This document shows, in pieces, positions 12,493 through 24,799 of a DNA stretch of 64,000 bases. The stretch comes from Octopus vulgaris (taxonomy: Eukaryota). The stretch is taken from the NCBI GenBank assembly GCA_951406725.2, contig OX597814.1, positions 63,364,001 to 63,428,000 on the forward strand. The letters are read 5' to 3'. The notes under the pieces are model-generated. The model worked only from the letters and a program-made list of their open reading frames with translations, made no database searches and was not told the origin of the DNA. Position 1 is the stretch's first letter, and each line of letters opens with the position of its first letter. Made by a program: the position numbers and the translations under genes.

Positions 12493-13368
12493 GTGAGTAA
12501 TATATGCAAATTTACGTAGGTCTTAATAGATGAGGAAAAACTACGATTTCATCGAACACTGAAAACATATATTATGATTTGAATAAATGAATATGTCGTA
12601 TATATATTGAAGATGTTTAGAAATAATAATAAAAAATGCTATCAGTCTCCTTATTTTAATATGGACATGAATGCATTTCATGAATGAATTATATTTTATT
12701 TTGATCAAATATAAATCTTGTATGCATATAATATAATTCAATGGTGCGTAATGCCACTGAATAATCTAGGATTAACAGACATATATTTACAGATGCACTG
12801 TATATGAAAATATATAATAATATAAATGTATCTTGGTCAGAATTGCTGACTATGAGCATAATTTGTCAGTGTTCAGTCAACTAAAATAGTAATTAAATTA
12901 GTGTGTTCGTAGCTGAGTATACCACTTATTCTTGTACTCTAAATTCTTTGGTCGAAATGACCTGACACACTGTCAGAAAATTAGACCTTTGAATTACAAA
13001 TACAATACATCTGACGGCATTCAACAGTTTCCATCTACGTAGTTTCATTCATGAGTCATGGTTCGATCTGAGTCAATAGTAAAAGAGATGTATCCAAGAT
13101 GCCATATGTTGGGAAGGAATGCTGGGTGTTGAAGTTGAAAATAAAATTTTAAACGACACACAGGCACAAGGAGTCTACTGAAGCTCTATATAAATTCTGT
13201 GTGTGTGCGTGCGTGCGTGCATGCATGCATTCGTGTGTGTTTGTGTGTGCATGTTTGTGCGCTTAAATGCATATGTCTATATATGTTGTCTTAAATTTGA
13301 ACTGTGAAAGCAAGTAATTATTTATTTTTCTCGGATGTCTATTTAATATATTTAATATCTCTTTCCAG

Positions 13369-13823
13369 TGCTGATACCCGGTTAGAAGAGAAGCGTGATG
13401 CATTGGTAGTCCTCAAATACAATGGTACGGTGTTCTGGATGCCACAGGCAATTTTTAAAAGTTCATGTTCAATAGACATCACATATTTCCCTTTCGACGC
13501 ACAGACTTGTTACTTAAAATTCGGCTCTTGGACTTACGATGGAAATAAACTAGATGTAAAATTTTGGCAAAATGTACAGGGATTCGAGCTTACAGACTAT
13601 GTGCCTAGTAACGAGTGGGATATTCTCGATTCATCTGCAATTAAGCACACAAAATATTATCCGTGTTGCTCGGAACCATATCCCGATTTGACGTTTACAT
13701 TGAAAATTAAAAGAAAAGTTGCTTTTTACAACTATATTTTGATATTGCCTTGCGTACTTTTATCCTCTCTCACAATGGTTTTGTTCTGGTTACCACCAGA
13801 ATCTCCGGCCAAAATGCAGTTAG
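13369..13823 (+). CDS. nAChR exon (455 nt): Cys-loop, loops B and C, M1, start of M2
   Basis: ctttccag|T GCT GAT...CAG TTA G|gtaagt. Encodes Cys-loop CSIDITYFPFDAQTC, loop B FGSWTYDG, loop C YYPCCSEPYP, M1 FYNYILILPCVLLSSLTMVLFWLP and linker PESPAKMQLG. Confidence 0.97.
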
Positions 13824-16800
13824 GTAAGTACCTAAGCATATTTATACTTACTATTTTGGAAATAATTTTGAACCACAGAGACGAAGCAATTTTAAGCAAT
13901 CGGGTTTATTTGAAACATTTCTTTTATTATACTGGAATTGTTTTAAATACTATTCTCTTCCGAATTCTTCGAACATTTTGAAATTAATTTCTTGCGTATA
14001 ATTTTCTTGTGACATCAACGTAAATAAATTAAAATTGGGAAGTTATTGTCTCATCGTTAGTAAGTAAAAATATACCTGTGGTCATGTAGAAAGCAATAAC
14101 AACATTTTCCTTGTAGTTCTTTTATTTTAATCATTACAAGGAAGTTATCTATACCTGCTGGAAAGGCTACGTACCAATATTGAGCTTTTATCATTTATGG
14201 TAGAACTGAAAAAGAAAATCTTTCGTTATAAGTTTATGAAAATATTATACAATCTAAATGTAGAAGAATACCTACACTTTTTAAACCCATAGGAAACAGG
14301 ATAAAAAAATCAATTAAAATCTTATAAAAACGAGGCTAAGGTAGTTGATATATGTATATACATATACATTACACGAACACGCACATACGCACACAACCGA
14401 AAACCTTCCATTTGTTCACCCTCCCTCAGTAATTGAAAACACACCGTCTCTGATACCGACACTTTCACCGATATAACTAGCTTAATCTCTTGATATGTCA
14501 GCCACTTACTCTGTAAATAAGAAAGTTTAAGGCAAAAGGTAAGGGAGAGAGAAAATTGGAGCAATTCATTGGCAGACATTTTTATTAACCCGGCTGCTGA
14601 ATTCGCTAGAAATCAGTTTTTACTGCCTTAAATGAAGCTTAAATTGAATAACATTATAGATTTTGGTATTTGAACCTACATGCTAACTTTTCCAATATTT
14701 AGTTTGCAAATATGAACATTTAATGACACTGTTCCAGGCAAGAATTTCAAACATCTTCATGTTGACCTTCGCATATGCGTCTAGCAGGGAGAAATCCGAA
14801 TGCGTCGAATTTCTCATTAAGGATTGCTTTCGTTTTCTTCAGTTACTCTGGTAATGTTAATTCTCCAAAACACTATGGCGTCTATGCAATGCCTTTTCTG
14901 TAACATATGGGGAAATGTCACACATCCTATGACCTTGGGCAAATTGATCTTCACCACAAATTTCAGATAGGTACTCAAGAGGATGGCCTACAGTATACAT
15001 CATACATATATACATTCATTTTTATATATTAAAATAATCGGCTTTGTAATCATTTGGGTAAATGAAACTGATGAAATATAGCTTGTCCAGTTGACTTTTA
15101 GCCGATATTTTTATGCATATAATTTGATCTAATCGATTTTACTCCACCATAAAATGAGTGTTTTACGCTAATGTTAGAAATCTTTATGAATATGAGCGCC
15201 AGTGTGGTAAGAAACTTGCTTCTCACCTGCATGATTCCGGGTTCAGTCCAACTGTGTGGAACCTTGGGCAACGGAATTCTACTATAGTCACGGACCGACC
15301 AAAGCCTTGTGGATTTCGCAGTTGGAACCATGAAGAAACCTGTCGGATATATATTTTTATGTGTGTATTTACGTTTCGGTAACCTAGCTGCTGGGCAACA
15401 AAGGCCGATAAAATAAGTACTGGGGTCGATTTATCAAAATTCTTCAAGGTGGTGCCTATCATAGTCGCAGTCTAATAATTGAAACAAGTAAAATATAAAT
15501 TATAAAAGATTATACTGAAAATCAGTAGAACGTTGAATACATTAGCTTGTAGTAACCTTTACTATCTAAATTGCCTTTTTTCCTGTACATCTCTCTCTCT
15601 CTCTCTCTCGCTCTCTCTCTTGATACCATTAAATTACTGGGTTCGATATTATCGACTGTTCCTTCCCTTAAATGTTTTGGTTATAACACTGTGTTAGAAG
15701 TCATTAATATTGTTATAAATAACATAGAGTTTTCTACACAGGCATGCACTTACAACTTGCTTCAGTTGATAAATACTCCTTATTGTAAACATTTCCGTTC
15801 ATTTTTCCCCTTGTAGAAATCTCATCCTGCATTGTTAAGTAATAAGATGTTTCTAATTGAGGCAGCTCATTTTCAGATGTCTAAATCAATCTTAAACAGG
15901 ATACATTGGTAAATATTTTAAACTGCTAAACACTGTATCTCCTCACAAACGGAAATAAAACAGCGAACAAAACCAGACTGCGGACACAGATTCAGTGAAA
16001 GAGTATATATACATCATTATATATATATTAGCCTCTTCCATGAACTTCTAGCTTCATACAAGTTCCTAAATCACTATATTTCTATTGATCTTCAGCTGAT
16101 TGCTTAAGCACAGAAAACCAATTTTGGTCGTAGCTCACTAAATGAGTATGTCAAGGCCTTACTGAGAAGTTTGACATATTTATGTTATCTGCTGATACGC
16201 AACAGCTTTCTTTCAAAGTCTATTTTAAAAAAAGCTGTTCAAATAGCATTTCTATAAAAAAATGTTTGCTTAATTTTTCTGTGAATTACTTGCATGTTTT
16301 ATGTGCACGGAAATCTGTAACTCTCTTTGAGCATTACCTTATATATGATAAACTAACCGAGCCTCTACTTCAGCGCTTTGCATCTATTTTCCAATTAACA
16401 ATTCAGGTGTATTGTTTTTGATACAAGATAGTGTTAATAAAACGGTATTTCATTGTGCCATGTGAAATATCAAGACGCCCAGATACAAGTTCATTCATAA
16501 TTTACTAGTATAATTTAATAGATTATCTATGTTTGATTCTGCAAGATGAAAGAGTCTTCTTCAACATATGTGAATCTGCTACGTTCTGTGTGATACATAT
16601 TTCGAGGAAGCCAATTTCCATAGTTCTTCCAGGAAAATGTTACTGATAGAATTATTTCTATTCGTGAATAAAAGATTATGCAAGTGTTTCCTCAGTTTGT
16701 GTGTGTGGGCTGATTTGACTGCCATTTCAAGTTGTTACAAACAATCTCTTGAAAGCTGCCCTCTTTTACGATGATGGTGTATTTTAATCGGCTAATATTT

Positions 16801-17982
16801 TTAGCAGTCCGAGAGACGGCGTGTAGGCTCCTTTCACAGATCGTCTTATTCTGGCCTTTTCAATCCGGTGCCCAGGTGGTAATAAATATTTTAAAAATTA
16901 TCTAAATTGGCTCACATATAAATATGCTTACCTACACTTGCGTTCTAATTGCTTTTATTTGGTTGAGGATGAAGTCACTTTTCTGCACAAGAAAAGTGAA
17001 TTACTTGTAAATCTTCAATATTTCACATTTTGCTTTCAGAATCAAAACTTTCTACCGAGTAATATGTTTTCAAATACCTAATTAGGTTTCATCGATTCTT
17101 TTTCCTTTTGTTAGACTACTAATCTAATGATAAATAAGCAGTTTTTTCCTAATAATTCCTTACTATCATTTTTTACTACTTTGAATTTAAATGTTTTTGC
17201 ATACATTTTGTTTGTTTATCGAGTTAATATCCAGATTCTTTAGATATAAGTTTGCCAGTTGCTTTAAAAGTATCCAGTGTAAGTAGATGTAATTACAATT
17301 ATTATTTAGCAGAATAACAAAAGATGGATTAGTAACATCGCAAGAGCGAGTGACAACGTACTTTGTGGTATTTAGTTACGTCCGATAACCTTTTTACATT
17401 TCAACGTTACCGGGGCTGACTTTGCTTTTCCTCCTTCAGGAGATCGAGTTAATCATGGGATCCCACACCCTCGTCCAAAATAAAATTTTACTGCATATTG
17501 AATAAAATATCGTATTGAATTGTATACATGGCCTACATGGCCTTGCTTTTTGCTTTTTGAGCCAAAAAATTAACTTAACTTAACTTAACTTAACGTTCCT
17601 TAAGCTGCAAGTTGAAATCCCTCTTGGGTCGTCTCTGACAACCATTCGATTAATAGTTGACAAAACAAAAAAGCTATAAGGTGATAGTGAGGTGGTGAAT
17701 CGATTACCTCAGCTCGAGTACTTATCTCGTATAACATTATATCGACCCAGAAGGATAAACAGCAATGGTGATTCCCAAGTTATGCAACGAATAATAAAAG
17801 AAAACAATTTTTTTATTAATTAGACAAGGTCAGCAATTTTGAAGACAGGAAAAGGTGCTAGTCGATTACCTCGACCCCAGTGTTTGGTTGGTTCTTTTTT
17901 TATCGCCCTTTCCCTCAAAGGATGAAAGGCTAAGTCAACAACCCACTTTTGTCCGGCATGCTAACGATTCTGCCAGTTTTCC

Positions 17983-18129
<147 letters not shown>

Positions 18130-19074
18130 AATTTATTATTGGTTACTGGGTGCAATTATATATCAACGATCCATACGTATAGAGAAAGGTGAACACCCAA
18201 TAGGCCTTATAAAGATACGTAGGGTGGGACGAACACATATAAAATCGTGGAAGTTTTATTGTATAACCCGAAAATGTTAAACAATGAATGTGTGGGCGTG
18301 TTTAGACCATTATATATAATTATATATAATTACAAGGAATATGTAAAAGAAAATAACAACACATTGTAAGCAAGCCAAAATTTACTTTCAAAAGGAACCA
18401 AATTAAGTAGACATATGTCGGAAGAAGCTAACTATGTTAATGACACCTGAATGCACCACAAATCCTGAGTTTTTCCATATGATTTTTATAGCTAGGATGT
18501 CTAGAATCTTACATCCCCTACATAGCAGACATAACAGAACGCAAAGCCTTTCAGAACGTTTTAAAATATATTTTTAGTTTATGATCATTGTCGTTGGACC
18601 CATCTACTTTGTGATCAATAACTACATCGTGTAACAAATACTGCTGTTATTTTCTTCTTTGAGTTATTATACGCGTATTGTGTCTTTCTGTGTCTTTAGC
18701 ATGTATCTGATTAACTGTGAACTTCACACTTTTCCGAAAGGAGTTGGGTTTACCTTTTTGGTAGAAGGGCTTCTCTGTCAGAGAAGATTCTTTCTCTCGC
18801 ATCGGAGACGAGTTTCACTTTTTAAAAAAATGCAGAATTGGCTGTCTGCCAGACTGGAGGATTTTACATTAGTGACAAAAGTGAAGTTGATATTCTAAAC
18901 TCGAATTGCACAAATATAGTGTTTAAAATTATTTCTTTTAAATTATCTAATTCCCGGTGAAACATATTATCACGTTGGATATATTAACAAATCACCATAT
19001 ACATAAGTACACACACACGCACATACACACACACAGATAAACATACACACACGCACACACCCACACCCACTTAT

Positions 19075-19133
<59 letters not shown>

Positions 19134-19504
19134 GTATGTATATATAATATAAGCAAACTTTATATGCGCCGAGCATGTTGTTATTTCACTGACGAGAGAG
19201 TTGATTTTGAAAACCGTATAACTCTGAAAACAGCCAATATCAAATCCTTCTCGGCTGTTTACACAGCCACACTATATGTGTGTGTGTGTATGTATGTATA
19301 TATATATATATGTGTATATGTGTGTGTACGTGTGTCCCCAAATGCCTCTTCCCCGCATGAACTACCACTCCTGCAATCTCGGTTCTGATAGGCCATAATT
19401 AGACCGTAATGACTAAAGAAAAAAAACATAGACAAGGCCACAACGAGTGATGACCTGCATAATAAAATTTTAGATTCGTGTATAGCTAAAGAAATCGGCA
19501 AAAC

Positions 19505-20040
19505 ATCTGTATCCAACAGAACGAGCAAAATCAAAGTATCTGGAGCGGTCCTCGTTGAAAGACCAAACTAATAAAGTCTGTTTATTGATCGACAGGAGTA
19601 TCCTTCGTGTTCTAATATTTCAGCAAAAGAATCTGACAAGCTCAGACATTACAAAGATTTGCTCATTAAGATCGAAAACAAAAAGTACGGTATCTCAAAG
19701 CAAATACAGTACCAGTGATTGTATGAACACTATAAGTAATCAGAAAAGGAACTTCAAAATATTTGAGAATGATCTTTGACTTACCATCCCAGCAACAAGT
19801 GCAAAATCTTTTTTTTAAATGGTACATAACACTTACTGAGAAGAGTATTTTCATTGTGAGAAGAATTACCTTCCATGTAAATGAGTTTTTCTTTCCCTCA
19901 TAACTTTATTTGACTTTGTAAACGAACAATCTGGTGTGTTCATTTCAATGGCCTATCAATGTGTACAGTGAGTTTCTCTGCCCTAAGACACTCTCTAGGA
20001 AATGAAAGCAAAACGGAAGGTAGAGCGCTCTGAGAAGTAA
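19505..20040 (+). mobile_element. Decayed Dong/R4-like fragment related to 24200-24755
   Basis: KDQTNKVCLLID plus shared 3' sequence (aatggcctatcaatgtgtac..tgagtttct..ggaaatgaaagcaaa), followed by (CAA)n(TAA)n. Confidence 0.65.
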
Positions 20041-20088
20041 AACAACAACAACAACAACAACAGCAGCAGCAACAACAACAACAACAAC

Positions 20089-20151
<63 letters not shown>

Positions 20152-20429
20152 CCTCTCTGCTATAGGCACAAGGCCTGAAATTTATTTGGAGGGGACTCAT
20201 CGACTACATCGACTCCAGTGTTACACTAGTATTTAATTTATCGACCCCGAAAGGATGAAAGGCAAAGTCGACCTCGGTGGAGTTTGAACTCAAAATGTAG
20301 CACCGGGCGAAATATCGCTAAGTATTTTGTCCAGCGTGTTAACAATTCTGCAAGCTCGCCGTCTTAACAACAACAACCACGAAAAAAATTAAAATTATAA
20401 ATGACCTTGTGACTCTTATGTCTTCTGAT

Positions 20430-20942
20430 GTTAACTGATTGGAAGTGTTATCATGTACATTGTTTTGTCTTGGTATAAAAGATGGACTACAGCAAATATC
20501 CTACTCAATACCACAGATTTGCTTGTCAGTTGTTTGATCTTAACCAGTTGACCATGTCCCTTAGTGGCTGACGATATGTGCATCTCTGATCACGAGCAGA
20601 AGTAGTGGAGGAGCATCATAGCCGTGTGCCGAAAGTAATTCTTGGAGGTTTGGATAATTCACCTTTGGAAACAGGGGTGGTTCGTTCAACATCTTTAAAC
20701 AATCCTTATTCAGGGACCTTTTGAACAGGATGGGCTACTCGACCTGAACAAAATTCTAACTGGGCCCCACCTGCAAGGTTATACGCTGTTTATCTTGATA
20801 CGAGATCATCATGTCGCACACATAGGGCTGTGATGCATGTGCCTGGTGTGCCCTTATCAGACGGGTAATCATGATGGGTATACTGGGCTTCGTATATTTG
20901 TACCCCAGTGTCACTTTGATAACATGCACTGCTCTCTCACTC
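20430..20942. repeat. Unclassified interspersed repeat (second copy approx. 62410-62550)
   Basis: Shared GCAAATAT..TACCA..TTTGCTT.TCAGTTG.TTGATCTTAACC.GTTGA..CTTAGTGGCTGAC..ATAGCC; ends in (TAA)n. Confidence 0.6.
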
Positions 20943-20967
20943 AATAATAATAATAATGATGATGATG

Positions 20968-21002
<35 letters not shown>

Positions 21003-21049
21003 AAAAAAAATAATAATAAAAATAAAAATGATAATAATTATACATTTCT

Positions 21050-21216
21050 ATATTTAAGAAGAATTACGTACCTTATTCACATTATTTACAATTGACATCT
21101 TGTTTGTTGTTAACACAACGTTTCGGATGATATACCCTCCAGGCTTCATCAGGAGTCTTGGACAAATTTTGAACCTGGGTTCTCATTCCTAAGATGTTTT
21201 TCGATGTTGCTGCTGC

Positions 21217-21252
<36 letters not shown>

Positions 21253-22140
21253 CATTATTGTACCCCGCGCTCTTAACCACTAGGCCATAAGCACGTGGGC
21301 AATTATGGAGGGAAATTTAAGGCTTATAAATCTAATATTCTCCTATCCTTCTTTAATACCGGTTCCCATATGCTGTTCACATCTACACTCGGTCTGCTTA
21401 GGAGGTTCATGTGTCCTAGCATATGTGCTGCTTCTTTTAGATTTTGTATTTTCCAGTGCTGTTCTCTGTCTATTATTTTAACTTCATCCGACAATGGGAG
21501 GTGGTCTCCATTTTTCCATACATGATCAACTATACCCGATTTATCAATATCTCTCTATCTCACAGCTTTGCGATGTTCCTCTACCCTTATTTCGCCTGCA
21601 TGGGCTGGCGTACACGCAGTTCTTAGCCATATTCTATTCTATTGGCGGTTTTACTCGAAGGAGATATTTGCGAAGTGTTGTATTACTTTTGAATACTGAT
21701 CTAATGTCATAGGGGTTGCATATCTTTTGTATCTTTTCAGAGCGGCCTTTCACATAGGGTAGACAGACTGTGGACAGTTTATCGGTTTCATCCACTCTTT
21801 TCTTCATAATTGGAGTGGAGAGTATGCTTTAGGGGTAGTTGTTGCTTAATAGATTGTTACTGAGCTTGATCATTTCTTCGTTGTGTGTATCACGATCGCT
21901 ACTTATATGCTCGATGGTTTATGTACTGAGCAATCCATCTCTTTACGCTGTACGGATGGTGGGATTTGATGTTGTGGTATCGTCCAGTTAAAGTCGACTT
22001 GCGGTATAATGATGTCCTGAATCCATACTTGGCGCGTGTTATTAATACGTTCAGGAATGCTAGCTGATTGTCTTTTTCTTTTTCCATTGTGAACTGTATG
22101 GATAGCTTTATTGAGTCCACATGATCTAACAGCACTTTTT
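21050..22140 (-). mobile_element. Penelope-like retroelement remnant (RT C-terminus, GIY-YIG region, 3' pseudo-LTR)
   Basis: ORF 21899-22135 contains IQFTMEKEKDNQLAFLNVLITR..FRTSLYRKSTLTGRY..SHHP, which is typical of PLE RT. Downstream fragments read TVCLPYVKG.SEKI and DHVWKNGDHLP..EVKIIDREQHW...KEA. Frameshifted; hammerhead motif lies 3' of it. Confidence 0.8.
21113..21156 (-). ncRNA. Degenerate minimal hammerhead motif downstream of Penelope-like ORF
   Basis: Minus strand reads ACUC CUGAUGA AGCCUG..UCAUCC GAAA CG UU GUGU. Palindromic AACGUU; mismatches in stems I and II. Confidence 0.6.
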
Positions 22141-23481
22141 GGTTGGGCCAGTTCTTGGTGAGGCATTTTAGTGGGGCCAGAGTATGAAGGTGTCAGAGTA
22201 TGAAGTCTCGCTGCCATAGGGTTGGTTTTTAGTGGTGTTGATCCTAAAACCAAAATCTTAAAACTGACAGAGTGCTATTTTTGAAAAATGGAAACGAATT
22301 ATTCCATATCGTAAGGCAAAATTGAAACGAAATGTTCCATATCGTAAGGCAAACATGTTATGTGTTTAGTATAAGAAGTGAAAGCTAAGACGAAATGATT
22401 GCTAATCCGTCGTGTATTCGCCTGCGCCTCGGCATTTATCTGGGGGCTTGGCATCTGTGAAAACCACAAATGCCGCTCTTAGGACTGGATTAACACCCAT
22501 AGTAACCCTAATGACCAAAAAGATTTCCCTGCCCCTATATAGGACGTTTATCTTACTCCAGTCCAGTCAGTTGGTCAAAATGAGTTGTAGCTCTAATTCA
22601 AAGAGACCAGCCTTGTCAGATTCTGTGTGAGGCTGAATCTCCCTGAGAATTACGTTAAAGGTATGCATGTCTGTGGAGTACTCAGCCATTAGCCAGTTAA
22701 TTTTATCCTCGTGTGGTAATGAAAAGTTAAAGTAACATCCAGTATTTGCTGTTATTTATTTTTGATTTAACAATGTGTCTATGTACTAACTTTTCTTTCG
22801 ATCTATGTATCTACTGTCTCTCGCACTTTTCCCTTTCTCTCTCACTTCCTACGTGTCCCTTCTCTCTCCCGCTTTTAATTTAACAAAGTGTGTATGTATC
22901 TATGTATCACATTTTCTATCGATCTATGTATCTACTTTTCTTCCGATGTGATAAACATTTAAAACCACACAAAACAAACGCCGTCATCACACAATGTCTC
23001 TCTCTCTCTCTCTCTTACTTCCTCTCTCTCTCTTACTTCCTCTCTGTTCTCCTCTTTCTCCCTTTGCCACTCACTTCTTCCATTGAAGTAAGTGTGAACC
23101 ATACCATAAGTGTGAACAAAAATCGAAATTGACATTACAGCAGAGCAAGCCCGAAAAACTTTTTGGGACAGCTAAGATTATGTGATTGGTACTTGGATGT
23201 TCAATGCCTTCCACGATGATTAAGAACCAAGTATCAGAGCTTGACCTCTGACAACAGGCCGCAGTGCGCTTGCACAGAATCAACCAGAGCAAACAAGACC
23301 GGGTGATGTGAGAAGTAAAACAACATCAATAACAACAATAACTTTGAAGGGAGGAGGACTAATCGACTACATCGCCCCCAGTACTCAGCTGGTACTTACT
23401 TCATCAACTCCGAAAGGACAAAAGGCAAAGTTGACCTCGGTGGAATTAGAACTTAGAACGTACCGACGGGTGAAATGCAGC

Positions 23482-23511
<30 letters not shown>

Positions 23512-23513
<2 letters not shown>

Positions 23514-24165
23514 TGGAGATGGACAAGAAACAAGAAATCATATTATCTCTAGCTGCCCAGTCCTGGCTAAGAAGGAATATATTCACAGACATGACAGAGT
23601 TGGAACCTACATACATTGGAAGCTATGCCAACATTATGGAATAACAACAGAAAAAAGATGGTATAGGCACACACCAGAAAAGGTCACAGAAAACGAGAAA
23701 GCAACCATACTCTGGGATATGCCGATACACACAGATAGAGAAATTAAGGCCAACAGACCAGATATAGTTGTCAGAGATCATGAAGAAAAAAATGCTTTCT
23801 AATTGATGTATCAATACCGGCAGATGGCAACGTGTCTATAAAAGAAATGGAGAAACTCTCAAAATACAAAGACCTGGAAATAGAGGTAACTAGAATGTGG
23901 AATCTGAAAACAGAAACAATTCCTATCATAGTAGGTGCATTAGGCATGATAAAAAAATATTCAGACAAATACATAACAAAAACACCAGGACTTACAAACA
24001 CATATAACATACAGAAAATTGCACTACTAGGCACTGAACACATCCTACGCAGAACACTTTCCATACAATAACCATCAGAGTATCACAACAAATCACAGCA
24101 CATACCCAAGGCACACAGAGCTGCGCTCGGTAGTGAAGTGAAAGCACGCTATAAAAATAAAACTA

Positions 24166-24170
<5 letters not shown>
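23512..24170 (+). mobile_element. 5'-truncated Dong/R4-like non-LTR retrotransposon (CCHC + REL endonuclease)
   Basis: CGDGQETRNHIISSC..RHDRV..ILWDMPIHTDREIKANRPDIV..IDVSIP..EKLSKYKDLEIE..PIIVGALG, with one frameshift. Flanked on both sides by (TAA)n. Confidence 0.85.
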
Positions 24171-24199
<29 letters not shown>

Positions 24200-24201
<2 letters not shown>

Positions 24202-24754
24202 CATTCTGTGGGACTTTCCAGTACATACAGACCGAACCATCAAGGCCAATAAACCAGATATTGTTGTGAAAGACCAAAACAATAAAGTTTGCTTATTGAT
24301 CGACATGAGCATCCCCTGTGATCATAATATCTCAGCGAAAGAGTTTGACAAGCTCAGAAAATATAAAGACCTACTCATTGAAATTGAGAAAATGTGGCAT
24401 CTCAAGGCGGTTACAATACCAGTGATCGTAGGAGCACTAGGAATGATCAAGAAATGAACCAAAAATGATATGAGAATGATCCCTGGCTTACCATCCCTGC
24501 AAGAAGTGCAAAAGATTGTCTTAACTGGTACATCACACGTATTGAGAAGAGCATTGTCGATGTGAGAACTGTTGCTGCTCATGTATTTTAATTTAACTTT
24601 AAAAAAAAAATTTTTTTTAATTTAAAGAAAATGATGAACGAACTATTGAGTTTGGTTTAATGGCCTACCAATGTATACCATGAGTTTCTTTGCACTAGGA
24701 GTCGGGAAGACACTCGGCAAGAAATGGAAGCAAATTTGAAAGAAGAAAAAAAAA

Positions 24755-24755
<1 letters not shown>
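24200..24755 (+). mobile_element. 5'-truncated Dong/R4-like element, second subfamily
   Basis: TILWDFPVHTDRTIKANKPDIVVKDQNNKVCLLIDMSIP..KLRKYKDLLIE..PVIVGALG, with a premature stop. (TAA)n flanks. Confidence 0.8.

Positions 24756-24799
<44 letters not shown>

Noticed and set aside
13304-13981. ORF-track extensions beyond exon limits (also 37763-38083 and 47145-47507)
   Set aside because: Homology stops at canonical splice sites; the extensions are intron read-through or the wrong frame.
22290-22352. Short tandem duplications (also 2070-2120 and 53737-53763) as CRISPR-like or regulatory arrays
   Set aside because: Only two units each, no spacers, eukaryotic context; ordinary slippage duplications.
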